Source: Paraspadella gotoi
Taxonomy: Eukaryota; Animalia; Chaetognatha
Direction of reading: 5' to 3'
DNA length: 64,000 bases
Assembly: GCA_051294375.1 (NCBI GenBank)
Contig: CM119271.1
Coordinates: forward strand, 13,764,372-13,828,371
Made by a program: the position numbers and the translations under genes. The notes under the pieces were generated by a model. It was not told the origin of the DNA. It saw only the letters and a program-made list of their open reading frames with translations, and ran no database searches. Positions 39,801-52,315 of the stretch are shown piece by piece (position 1 is the first letter of the stretch; each line of letters begins with the position of its first letter).

Positions 39801-42569
39801 GAGGGGGAGGGAACGAGAGGAGGAAGAGGAGAGAAAGAGATCTAAGAGAGGTGAGTTACCTCTTATTCATCTTAATTACGATAAGAACATTAAAACATTT
39901 ACTTTTTTTCTTTTAAGTTTTACGCTTCATTTTACAATTTTTACTTATTAAAATATATTTTGTTTCACTTCAGAAAGCGGAAAGGAAAGCGAGAGAGAGA
40001 GCGGTCGGGAATCATCCCCGCGCCGTCGCCACGACGAAGACTCCAAACTCTCTTCCGAGTCCCATCAGCAGCTGCAACAGCAGCAGGGCCGTCGCGACGA
40101 CGGCGCCCCGTTACAGCCGCCGCCGCAGCATTACCGGCGCGACGAAATCTCGACGCACCGGCGTCTCGAAGACTTGGCTCATCGTCCCGACCGCCGGGAC
40201 GATCCGGGACCGCACCGGCGGGACGAGGGTCAACACCGGCGAGACGACGGTTCGCACCGGCGGGACGAGGGTCCCCATCGGCGCGAAGATCATCGACGCG
40301 ACGCTGCCGGCGTAGCCGACGCGTCTCGCCTGCTCGATTTGGCCGGATACGGAGGCGTGGGCGGGACGGGCGGATTGGGAGGCGGTGGAGGAATTAGGGA
40401 GGATAGAAGGGGAAGAGCCGGTCACGACAGATCGAAGACCTGGGGATCTGGGGAAAAGGGTAAGTTAATGAGAGAGACGAGGGTAAGTTTTAAAAAAGCG
40501 ATTTTTCGACCCATTTTTGTCTTCAATAGTTCGCGACGACGATCGCTACGGCGAAAAACTCCGTCACGACGACGATGACCGCCACCTCGAAGCCAAACGC
40601 TTCGCCGCCGACGGCGATCGGCACCGCGGCGTCGGCGAAGACAAGGACGCCGTCTACCGCGGTCGCGACGACGCCGGCCGCAGGGACGACCGCAGGGACG
40701 GTAGGGGGGAAGACCCGCGTCTAATGAGGGAAGATCCCGGCAGCAGGATCGGAGGAAGGGATGACCGTCGGGAAGACCGTCGGGGAGACGGCCGCGGGGC
40801 CGATGGATGGGATGATTTAAGGAGCGCCCTTCGCGGCGACGATTATCGATCCTCCAGTGCCGAAAAACGGCGCCGGGATGACGACGCCGTCTTGGCGCGC
40901 GCCGCTAGGGAGCAGGAGAGAGGAAGAGGTGGAGAGTGGGGCAGTGATAGGGAGAGTCGGCGAAGAGAGGAGGAGAGGAGGGAGAGAGGAAAGAGGGAGG
41001 AAGAGGACGAAAAAAGGGAAGACGAGGATCGACACCCGGGAAAGATCGCCGCGGAATCGGCTCAGGTGAGAGGGGAGGTAATGAAAGTTACCTTTATATA
41101 CATTACATTTCATTTGATTATTATTTTATCTTGTCGCTTTATAGTATCTCTTAAAGATAATAAATTATTTGTCTTTTTCTCCCAATCCCCTAAAGGGCCT
41201 GATGTTCGAGGACGACGTGGAGGAAATCTCCGACGATGACTTAGACTTGGACAATCTCTTGGAGAAGGGGGACGAAGAGGGGGAAGGAGAGAAGGAGGGA
41301 GCGACGGAGGAGGAAGAGGATTCGAAGCCGCTGGCGAAGATCGACGCGTTGGACGTCGCGTGGGAGTCGCTGTTGAAGGAGAAGGAAGTGGACGAGACGG
41401 GAAAAGGTGAGGGTCGCGGCTGGAAAGATATGTAATGAAATGATCTGCCTCATTTAGTATAATGGTAATCTGCGGATTAAGTACTATTCAATAGTAATAC
41501 TTGTAAATTATGAGTCGTAAACTTGTTTAAAGAACGAAAACTAAAGTTTAGGGGGAAAAAAATCAAATTACGACCATATGCAAATACGGTGAAACCAGTC
41601 TTCTCCAGATGAATGGAATTTCGAAGGAAAGGAAGTTAAATACATTTATTTAAATATTTTCCATATTATTCATCACCAGACTCCGCTGCTCCCGCTGAGC
41701 CGCCGGCCGAACGCCCCTCCGCCCTTTCACGTTTTACGCCCGCCGCCCTCTTTGCCTCCGTCGGCGTCTCCAAGGATCTCGCGGGGCCTGAGGTTTACGG
41801 AAAGGTTTTGGAGGTAAATAATACTAAAATATTAGTAACTAAATAAATTTAACTAATCGGGCATTGGCCATCCTCAAGGTCTGCCGCACATCCTTCCCCT
41901 CCTTCGCCTTTTCCCACGACGTTGCCTCCGTTCATTCCATTCGCGAGCGACGCCGCGCCCTTCGCTCTCGACTGACGACCACCGGCGGCGTCGGCCCTTA
42001 CCCCCGCGCCCTCTGCGCCTCTTGGGACAAGGCCGCCCGACGCTCGCTGGCCGCACTGCCCGCCGAGGGCGAGTCCGGGGCCATCGGCGTCTTCGACGGA
42101 AGGGAGAGAGCGGTGAGTATAGAAAAGTTTTAATTAAAAGTTGTTATGCACGTCGTTTTTCGGAGAATGGCAAAGTTTCCGGTTTGAAAATGAGATGTAA
42201 CAGTAACTGAATGAACAAATTTATTAATTTAACTTTACACACACAATACTTATTTCGATCACTTCTACCTTTACCAATGGTGCTGATCGGTGCATGAATG
42301 AAATGGTTTCCTTGAATTATCCCCAAAGAATTAATCGGAAACAAAATTGAGAAAAGGGCTATTAATTATTTATTTAATTTATCCTCTAAATTCGTTTTAT
42401 CCAACATTTTAAAATCTTTTGTAATCTTCCCCATCAGGTGACATCGGATTGGATCGAAAATTTCAAACAATCCCTCCAAGCTCTCCGCGAGAATCGTTCC
42501 AAGCAGGTCGAGGAACTGACCAACTTCGACGTCCCCTGCGAACCGATTTTCAAACTGCAGACAGTTTAA
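36806..42569 (+). CDS. ZC3H13: Zinc finger CCCH domain-containing protein 13 / Flacc (m6A writer adaptor)
   Basis: N-terminal SVFERLGP, one CCCH finger and a long R/D/E-rich region. The C-terminal EEISDDDLD...IDALDVAWESL...SRFTPAALFASVGVSKDLAG...RALC block matches ZC3H13. Last exon 42438-42569. Confidence 0.85.
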
Positions 42570-43002
42570 AGTTAAAAACGATGGGCGAGAGAATTTTTCT
42601 GATTTAAAAAAAAAATTCTCACTGAAATTTAAAACAAAGACAGAGACCAAAAAAAAAAAAATCAAGACGCTGTTTATGTTAGTATTTTATATTTAGCTAT
42701 CCTTAGTAAAGAATACTTTTTGTTCAGGTTTGCCTTTTCAAATATTTTTTTTCCCCACCATTTTTTTTGTTTCCAGATTAAAAAGGGAGACTTAGTCGTT
42801 AAAAGAAGGGGGGGTGGGGAAGAGTTAATCTGTCGCGATGGTGGAGACTCATCGAGCAGAACAATAAAAGTTTCTCTGGTTTGAAAGTCGACAAGCGTTC
42901 GATCGATTTCGCAAGCAATTGACGTTGGATGGACGCATTTAGCGATCAGTGTTGGTCTTCTTTGCGTCCGTTTAGCCGGGAAAGAAAACGTCGGTTTCCT
43001 CT

Positions 43003-43510
43003 GCTTATGCAAGCAAATCAGCGGCGACCGGTGATACAAGCAAATCAGCGGTTGCCGTGTAACAAGCAATCAGCGGCGTCTGGTGGTGCAAGCTAATCAG
43101 CGGCGTCTGGTGGTGCAAGCTAATCAGCGGCGTCTGGTGGTGCAAGCTAATCAGCGGCGTCTGCTTATGCAAGCAAATCAGCGGCGACCGGTGATACAAG
43201 CAAATCAGCGGTGACTGGTGGTGCAAGCTAATCAGCGGCGTCTGGTGGTGCAAGCTAATCAGCGGCGTCTGGTGGTGCAAGCTAATCAGCGGCGTCTGGT
43301 GGTGCAAGTTAATCAGCGCGTCTGTGGTGCAAGCTACTCAGCGGCGTCTGTGGTGCAAGCTACTCAGCGGCGTCTGGTGGTGCAAGCTATCAGCGCGCGT
43401 CTGGTGGTGCAAGCTAATCAGCGGCGTCTGGTGGTGCAAGCTAATCAGCGGCGTCCTGGTGGGTGGCACAGCTAATCAGCGGCGTCTGGTGGTGCAAGCA
43501 ACTCGGCAGT
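43003..43510. repeat. 27-nt minisatellite (GCAAGCTAATCAGCGGCGTCTGGTGGT)n
   Basis: About 18 tandem units with variants. Confidence 0.95.
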
Positions 43511-44817
43511 GTCCTGTGATGCAAGCAGATCGGCTACCGGCAATTCCCCATTGCCCAATTCTGCGTTCCCTTGGTTTTTGACATCTCAGCGATCTTCGCA
43601 AAGGACGTTCTTTATGCTTTCGTCGGAAAGACGCCTCTTTAAAGATCCAAGTTGATTGACGAGTGGACGTTGATTGGTTAACGGCGGTGATTGCCGAGCG
43701 GCGTTGATTGGTTAACGGCCAACTTCATTGCTTCCGAGAAAAGAAGAGAACAGATTTATTTATTCTGCGGTGCGAATTCACATTTTTTTCGCTTCAATCG
43801 AATATTAGCTCTTCAAGCTTCCGGGGTTTTTTTTGTTTCTCTATCGCATTTTTTTTTTATAAATTTATGGATTTAGCTTTTTTATTCGGATATAGATATT
43901 CTGTTATGTTTTGTTAAGTATTTTGATTATTAACGTATTTTTTAGAATTTTGTCGCAGCTTTTTCTTAGGTTGATGGGTTGATGGACGATTAAAATTTAT
44001 ATTCATATAAACATTAAACATAAACAATATACTCGAAACGTTTATCCTACACGAACTCTTTCTCTCTCTCTCTTAAGACTCTCTCTCCTAAAGCAAGTAA
44101 TACTGGAGGTGGCGAATGTTAAGTCGTAATTTCATTGCATATGTATGAAAGAATATGTATATGTAAGAAAGAACGACGATGACGATATAATGACGACGAC
44201 AAAGACGACGAAATGGAGGTGGACAAACGGATACCTCATGCAATTTGAGGGACAACCGCATTAAGAACTCGCGGGTCCGTGGTTGACAAAATTGCAGAAC
44301 CCACGCTCCGTCTCGAAAGCTGGAACGTGAAATAAGGTTCTGGGCGAAGTGACGAATTCTGTGCCATATTACAAAGTCGTTAAATCGACGCAGTTTACGA
44401 GGAGAAAGAATGAAGGAAATACAACCGTTTATCGAAGAAGCGAGAAAATGAGGTGCTCCGAACGGAAATACGATAATGGAAGAATATAAAAGTGGGGAAA
44501 GAACAGAATCCGTTAAATAGTGGCTCAAAACCCCGACTTTTGAAAGTAATTAGTGGTGAAAGAACGGGGAAAAAGAATTTCTTTTCAAAGACGCAAGGCC
44601 GGCAATTGAATGCAGAAAGGCGGGGTGGAAGAATGAAACGACGACGACGACAACAAAGACGACGAAATTCGAAGGAAGAAAAAGTGGTGAAGATTTCGAA
44701 GAAGGACCGCGGTAAATCCGTGAAAAGTTAAGCACAGGTGAAGGAAAGAAACGAAACGGGGGTTGTATAATATTATATTATATTGTATAATAATATATAG
44801 TATAGTAATATGGACAA

Positions 44818-45013
44818 AATTTTACTTTCGCCGATCGGGGTTTTGGCGTCTTTTGAAAAATTATTTAAAAATAATTCTTTTTTTTAAAAATTAAAAATTG
44901 TTATTTAATTACCCTAAACCCTCTTAACCTTAACCTCTTTTAACCTTAAATTCCCCTTAAACCACCCTTGACCCTAATCTTTAACCCCTCACCCCGGTCG
45001 GCGAAAGTAAAAT
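44818..45013. mobile_element. Short TIR element with CCTAA/CCTTAA-rich interior
   Basis: AATTTTACTTTCGCCGATCGGGG / CCCCGGTCGGCGAAAGTAAAATT. Confidence 0.65.
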
Positions 45014-46834
45014 TAATCTGTATGTATATTGTATAACCCGGCGTATAAAGGAGAGGGGTGGAGGCAGTGAATCAGGCTTTACTTTTTTACAAAGGCTCCT
45101 GTCGATTTCGACGGTCGCGTTAGGAGGTGAAGTAAGAAAGTGAGACAAATCATTCCCCCCCCCTCCTCACTGGCGAAAAGCAGACCAATTACGGCGAAAT
45201 AGCGTTTGAGGTGAAATAATGAGTTCAAGTGATACATCCAATCGATACACCCATACAGCTCGATGATCGTTGGAGGTGAGAGTAATGTGTTAAAAAACAA
45301 AAACGTCTTAAAAGTCGGTGAGCAAACGAGGTGAAGAATCTGGACGGTAATATAAGATACGACGACCCAAATGGTTTTTAATCTCGTGACGTTAGCGAGG
45401 TGAACAGACTGTCGGAATGGCCATACAAATCTGTTGAACGGTGAAGGGGTGAAAGAAAGTTTCTTTTATTCATTGCAGCTTCAGATGTGAAGAAATTACC
45501 TTACTTCGTCTCCGAAATCTTTAAATTATTTTCAAGTTTAAACGAAAATATTTGTATAGTATAATTTAAAACTATAAGCTCTCTAAAAAAATATAAAACA
45601 AAGTGAGATGAACTAAAGTTAAAAAAGTCTTCGCATGGTTGTGGGAATGAAAGACTTAAGTACGTAACCACTATACGACCTAGGCGTTAATGAAATAGTT
45701 GGTGAAAGAACGAAAATCCATAAAAGTAGTTGCAACCACCGCCAGACAACAAGCGAGGCGAAAGAACGATGTTCGGATCTCCCGTTGTCAAATTCCAAAT
45801 AATTTAAGATTTTCAATTTATTTTTTCAGTTAAGTAAGAAAAAGTTTGTTTTTTGTTGATTAGAAATTTCCTGAGAACACCTTGGTCGGTTACTATTTCT
45901 CGCACTCTAGGGGTAAGTATTGGGAGCGTTAGGTGTAAAAGGTTTAAGGGTTGGAACGGTTCAGGGTAGAGGTTAGTAAGGGTAAGTTGCTCGGGTTATG
46001 TAAAGTTAAGGCTAAGGTGGGATAGAGCAAGGTGTTAACTTGGGTTTTATATGAGGGATTACGGACAGAAGGCCTAGGAATAGGCGGGGTTAAGGGGAAG
46101 AGGGGCCGAGTTTTTTGGGCTTTAAGAGTTTGCTATTTGTCGCAGAATTAAAAGGCGATTAAGAATAACCGATCAAAAACGTGGAATTGTTTGGGAAAAT
46201 AAAAAAATGTTGCTCTGCCAAGTGAAAATAGGCTCGTTTAACGCGAGGTGAAAGATCGAGACAAAGAGCGGCGATGACCATGTCCCACCGTTAATTGATA
46301 ATTACCGTCGCTCACTGATAAGACTAAGATTTTGTAATCAGAAGAAATGAGGGTTCTATAGAAATGATAAGGGCGTCGGAGGTGAAGAACGTTTTGGTTT
46401 TTTTTTTTGCGTGCCATTTCGCTCACAAAATTAGGATCAAAAGGCCTGAAGGGTGAAAGAAAGAATCTAAAAAATACTAGAACACGCGGTCAATGAAATG
46501 GAAAACGCGAGCTCAGAGGTGAAAGAATGGAATTTGAAGGTCATGATAGTAAGATTCGGGGAATTCGAGATGGGCCATGCCCCGTCGAAATAAGTGGAGG
46601 AGTAAGAACGTAAATCGAGAAACCGCACGAACATTGTCATTGTCATTCGTGGCGGGATTTTCGAAGACACTTTGCCAGAACAATTGGCGAGGAGGTGGCG
46701 TCAAATCGAAAAATAAGACCAAGTTCGAATTTGGCGGTAGGATGCGGAAAACCAATTCGTTTCAATGAAACGGATATCTGTTCATGTGACTCTAGATAGA
46801 TCGAAGAAAAATTTCATATTTTTGTAAGACAGTT

Positions 46835-47375
46835 TTTCTTTCTTTTCGTTGTTTTAGAAAAAAAAATATCTATTTTTCTTGAGCAAGGATGTTTAATGTA
46901 AAAAAAGGATGTTTCGACTTAGATCAGTCTTCTTTAGCTCAAATTATGTTGCGCTGAAGAAGACTTAAATCTAGTCGAAACATTTCCCGTTTTTTTATAT
47001 TAAACATCAATGTTGTGATAATCCTTTGTTTTCCTCTAATACTAAATAACAACGAAAAAAAAGTATTTTAGAATTATACGATTTTTATTTTTAAGAGACG
47101 GACATGTTTCGGCTTGCTTTTTCAAAACGCTGATGAAGGCTTGAAAAAGCAAGCCGAAACTTGTCCATCTCTTAAAAATAAATCATTGTTAGAGGAAAGC
47201 AAAGTATTTTAGAATTCATACAACAATTTTATTTTTAAGAGATGGACAAGTTTCGGCTTGCTTTTTCAAGCCTTCATCAGCGTTTTGAAAAAGCAAGCCG
47301 AAACATGTCCGTCTCTTAAAAATAAAAAAAAAATCGTTGTATGAATTCTAAAATACTTTGCTTTCCTCTAACATC
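46835..47375. mobile_element. Cluster of Penelope-like fragments with three hammerhead cores
   Basis: CTGAAGA-AGACT-taaatct-AGTC-GAAAC (about 46954, +), CTGATGA-AGGCTTG-aaaaag-CAAGCC-GAAAC (about 47129, +) and its exact reverse complement (about 47250-47281, -). Confidence 0.7.
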
Positions 47376-48657
47376 AATGTTAAAAAAATATATTTTTGTT
47401 AATTATCTTAGTTATAAAAAAATAAAATAAATTAGTAAAAATATGTTACACCTTTTTAAGAAAATTAATAATGGTAAGTGATGGTTTTAAAAATGTATTA
47501 AGTATTTTCAAGTCTTGTGAATGTAATAAAATCTTGAAGAGTCGGTTGAGCAAAGAAACATCCTAAAAACTTAAGGAAAACTTGAAAAAATGTGCCATAT
47601 TTTTAGAATTAAAGATGGAATTAAAGAACGTTATCAAACAGAAGGTCACGAACTCCCTCAAAAATAAAGCAGGTTGATGAACGTTTGAAAAAGAAAATTT
47701 GCCATAACTCTTGAAATAAAAGTGGAAGAAGAATGTTAATCCGTTTGATGCCATAAAAGAAACGAAGAAAAGTGGAAATAAAGAACGTTGTAGAACACGA
47801 AGCCAATATTTTCTCAAGATAAAGCAGGATGAAGAACGTTTCGACACAAAAAAAAATCCAATCAAATAAAAGTGGAAGAAGAATGTTATTTAGTTTGAGG
47901 CCATAAAAACCAAGAAATGTGGAAATAAAAAAGTCACAGCAGCAGCCAGAAAGGAGGTGGGTGAATGTTTCGAAAAGTAAGAAACTAACTTTGTAAGTTA
48001 TTAGATTTCTTAATATAAACGTGGAATGTGATGAAATAAAAAATCAAGAACCGTGGAAATGAAGAACGTAAAACACAAAAAAATGCCATATTTTGTTATT
48101 AAAAGTGGAAGAAGAATGTTTTTTTCGTACAGCGCCATAAAAAATTAAGAAAAGTGGAAATAAGGAACGTTTCACAACCTCATTGGTCAAAGGTCATAAA
48201 CAGAAGAAAGCGAGTTGGTGAAGAACGACATGAAACGAGAAAGACTTTCGTTCATATTACACTACCATGAGAGAAATCGATGCCGGGATTGGATAAATTG
48301 ACATGTTTAAAAAAAGGTTTTTATTTCTGTAGCTTTTAATGTAAAGAATTTAATGATTCAAAGGATTTTAGTTGTTCAGATCTGAGATTTTAAAAAGTAT
48401 ATATTATACAACTGCATGGTCGTTGTTCTTTCACATGATCATGTAGCAAATCACAAATCAATTCCGTGATCGATTTCCATGCGGAGGAGAAAGAACGTTT
48501 ATCTCGATTCGAGAGGAGGATTTAAAGGAGGAAGGCAACAAATAGAGTAAATACGAAGAAGAAGCGGTGAAGGATGAGCACGCCAAAGGCACATCTTTTT
48601 CATATAAAGCTGACGCAAGTGCGGTGAAGAATGATTTATTGATGGTTGACGCATGAT

Positions 48658-48932
48658 CGCGGCGAACATCGGCGGCGAACATCGCGGCGGAACATCGGCG
48701 GCGACATCGGCGGCGAACATCGGCGGCGAACATCGGCGGCGAACATCGGCGGCGAACATCGGCGGCGAACATCGGCGGACGAACATCGGCGCGAACATCG
48801 GCGCGAACATCGGCGGCGAACATCGGCGGCGAACATCGGCGGCGAACATCGGCGCGAACATCGGCGCGAACATGGGCGGCGAACATGGGCGGCGAACATC
48901 GACGGCTAACGGCGGCGACTAACGGCGGCGAA
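48658..48932. repeat. 13-nt minisatellite (GGCGGCGAACATC)n
   Basis: About 19 tandem units. It produces the spurious repetitive ORFs in the ORF track. Confidence 0.95.
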
Positions 48933-50270
48933 TATGACGAAGAAAAAGAGGCGAAGACCGACAAGTGGAAAGAACTGCGCACTAGTGTATCGCATGGGAT
49001 TTCATTCTCGGCGAAAGACGAATAACTTGAGGTGCAAAGACTGTCGGTGATGACGCCAACCGGGTTTCCGGGTGGCGTCATACGGAAGAAATGGCTCATT
49101 AAATAACCGAGGCACTTCAAAACAAAAACACTGGAAAACCCGTGCCAACGAAGACGAAAGAAGATGAGGTGAAAGCTGGTTCTTATCTTGTGAGAATGCA
49201 GTTTACAAAAAAAGACCATTATAAAAAGTAAGTTTAGGAGACGAAAGACTGAAGCAAGTATAAGCAATGGATCGCCAATATAGCGATGATAGTGAGAAAT
49301 CAAAGTGGAGAAAGAATGCAGTACACCTCTCACCACCAACCGAACATGTGCGAATAAAAGAGGTGAAAGTTTGAGCTTTGAGGTCGTGGGGGGAATTTAG
49401 GATTAATGGGCGCGTGGGAGGCGCTTCAAGAGGAGGTTTGCCGAGGCTAGTATAAAATGCCTTTTTTCCGGTTGTTTAAAAGATTCCATCGGGATTAAGG
49501 AAAAGTTTATGGGGCGAGAGAAACGTGTCCCAACGGGCGAAATGATGGGAAAGAAAGTGAGAAAAAGGTGAAGAAAGAATGAATCAGCAGCAACAGCAGC
49601 AACCAGCAACTGAAATCGCCGAAGAATCGGAGGTGAATCGAATGTCCGCGTGGGGAACAACGGAAGATGTCAGTTGGTGAAAGAACTGTTGTTCACACAA
49701 CCATAACATTAAACAACAACAACAAATGAATCGATGTTACGGAGGTGTAAAGAATGTTGATATGGGCGTGCGAAATTACATTTGGTTTTTTTTCGCGCTC
49801 TTAAATTTCGTGTGGGATAAATGTAATATAACTATTATAATAAATGTAACAAAGTAATATAAAAATATAATATAAAAATATAATATGAAAGTAATATAAA
49901 AAAATAATATATATTTTTACTTTTTTTCGTTGGTTTAGAATTTGATATAAGAAAAGTTTTTTGTTGTGAAAACAAAGAAAACTTTTCTTATATCAAAAAA
50001 GATAATATAAAAGTAGTAGAAAAAAGTAGTAAAAAAGATGTTTAGAAGTCCATCAATCGTGAACGATATGAAGAAGAGCGACAAAGATTATTAATGAAAA
50101 TATTTTGTGAAAGTTTGTAAGATTTCCATTTTCTCATAGTGAAGAACTTTTGAGGCTGTGAAAAAAAGATGAGAATATGAAAATGAATAGAACCAAGTGC
50201 GAAAAAAACTAATTTTAACTGCGTGGACTTGTTGGCCAATCAATAACCGGCCTTTAACCGATGGTCAAGC

Positions 50271-52006
50271 ATGCCGACCTTCAAACGTCCGACGGCGGAT
50301 CAACGCTTATCGGCCGTCGGCATAAAAAAGACCTCGTCTTCCTATTCGTGGGTCGACGTCAAGGGTGCCAAACGCCCAAACCCAGATGTCCGGTTCTTCG
50401 TACCTGACGAAGACTCCTTCGAGGTTATCCCCAAGCCAGGGCCCGACGACTGGCTGGCCAATCAGGAAGAAAGAGGTTAGCCGATGTGGTTTCAGTTTGC
50501 TTTTAAGTGTACGTAATTAAAAACATGTCGCTTTACTTCTGATTTTTCTTAACCTCTTTCTTATCTCTTTTTCTTTCTCTCTCAGGGCAGTCCTTCGCCG
50601 AATTTGCCTCTTCGTTTCGCAACTCCCCCTTCGCCAATTTCACCGTCATCTACCTTCAGCCGCTCCAGTTTTTCGAGGACCAAGCGATCGCGGAGGAGAC
50701 CCTCCAAACCCTGGCCGAGTTCGCCGAAGCTTTCTTCGGGCTTTCTGTCAGGTCAGGGTGGCTTCTTTGTCTAATCGTATCTCTTGTTTTTCGATGATCG
50801 AATTGATCTCTAGTATATTCTCCCAGGCTGTTGAAGACGTTGAACCGGAAAGATAAAAAGAGCTCTTTGGCAAAAGGTAAAGAGGATTTCAGATGGACAA
50901 TTTCTAGTTTGCAAGAACAGACTCGTTATTTTTTTTTACAGTGACCCAAAGAACGAACGAGTTTACCCATGCGCCACAGGTTCACGCCGGCGACGTCCTC
51001 GAAGTGAGAATTTGATACAAAAATAAAACTAAGACAGAATTAAACAGATAAAGATAGACTAAAATATTTTGTCGTTTCCCCAAGTTTCTCAGATCGATCC
51101 GACCCCGCGACGCTTTCTGCGTCTGCGCCATCACCTTATGCGACCTCTACCCCCGCGAATCGTGGAACTTCGTCTTCGGGACGGCGTCCCTCCGCGACGG
51201 CGTCGGCGTCTACTCCATGGCGCGCTATCTGCCGGAGACGCCCGATCGGCCGCTGTTGCTCAGGGCCGTGAGGGTCATGTGTCACGAGATTTGTCACATG
51301 TTCGGGATGAGGTAGGTGATGTTTGATGAGTGAATTGTTTAAAATTTTGTCATGTATGGGCTTTTATAAAACTAATGCTTTTTACGTTTCTCTTCCTACT
51401 TACGTTTCCCCTTTACATTTCCCTTTTCCCCCTTTACTTTCCCCCTTTACTTTCCCCTTTACTTTTCCCCTTTACTTTTCCCCTTACTTTTCCCCTTTAC
51501 TTTTCCCCCTACTTTTCCCCTTTACTTTCCCCTTTACTTTTCCCCCCTTTACTTTTCCCCCTTTACTTTTCCCCCTTTACTTTTCCCCCTTTACTTTTCC
51601 CCCTTTACTTTTCCCCTTTACTTTTCCCCCTTTACTTTTCCCCCTTTACTTTTCCCCCTTTACTTTTCCCCCTTTACTTTTCCCCCTTTACTTTTCCCCC
51701 TTTACTTTTCCCCTTTACTTTTCCTTCCTCAGACACTGTATCTACTTCTCTTGCCTCATGAACGGATCCAATCACAGCGAAGAGGCCCTCGCTCGTCCTT
51801 CCTTCCTCTGCCCCGTCTGCCTCCGCAAACTCTACGAGGCGGTCGGGTTCGACGTCGCCGCCCGCTACGAGACGTTGGCGGTCTTTTGGGAGGCGAGGGC
51901 GGCGGAGAAGAAAGTGGAGGCGTACCGGCGGGAGGCGGAGTGGTTGCGGCAGCGGTTGAGGGGGAAGAGGGCAGGAGAAATAAGGCGGAGAGAGTTGGCG
52001 ATGTAG
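50271..52006 (+). CDS. AMZ2: Archaemetzincin (peptidase M54, AMZ2-like), multi-exon
   Basis: PGPDDWLANQEERGQSFAEF, DLYPRESWNFVFG, and the zinc motif HEICHMFGMRHCIYFSCLMNGSNH...LCPVCLRKL split by an intron. Confidence 0.88.
51410..51725. repeat. Intronic (TTTACTTTTCCCC)n expansion
   Basis: Tandem 12-14 nt units directly upstream of the acceptor at about 51732. Confidence 0.9.
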
Positions 52007-52315
52007 GAGTCTTTACTCTTTAGTGTCACTTATCTAGTCTTTCGCTTTACCAATTTTTGTCTTTTTTTGCTTAGAAGTCGCTGTGATAAATTATTTTTCT
52101 CATTTTTTATGGTTGTTTGTTGTTTATATGATTATTGTAACGCTGTTTATTATTAAATCTGACTCTTTAGAATAAAATATTTTGAACTCCATCTTGCGAC
52201 GTGGTTATATTGAATGATTAGACCCATGGCGTAAGCGTAGCTCGACTTATTTCAAACTATATTTCTTGTGCCATCCACGTTCTCGCCAACGATCGCGATC
52301 TCTTCTCGTCGAAAG

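Larger units (their letters stand above)
44100..50150. other. Array B: second same-orientation array of GGTG-N2/3-GAAYG motifs with unique spacers
   Basis: About 35 copies by eye, e.g. 44108, 44452, 44555, 44624, 45330, 45448, 45701, 46247, 46381, 46452, 46518, 47956, 48217, 48623, 49632, 49676, 49744. Confidence 0.75.

Noticed and set aside
48458-49339. 293-aa minus-strand ORF and overlapping ORFs
   Set aside because: Produced by the 13-nt minisatellite and purine skew; no recognisable domain.
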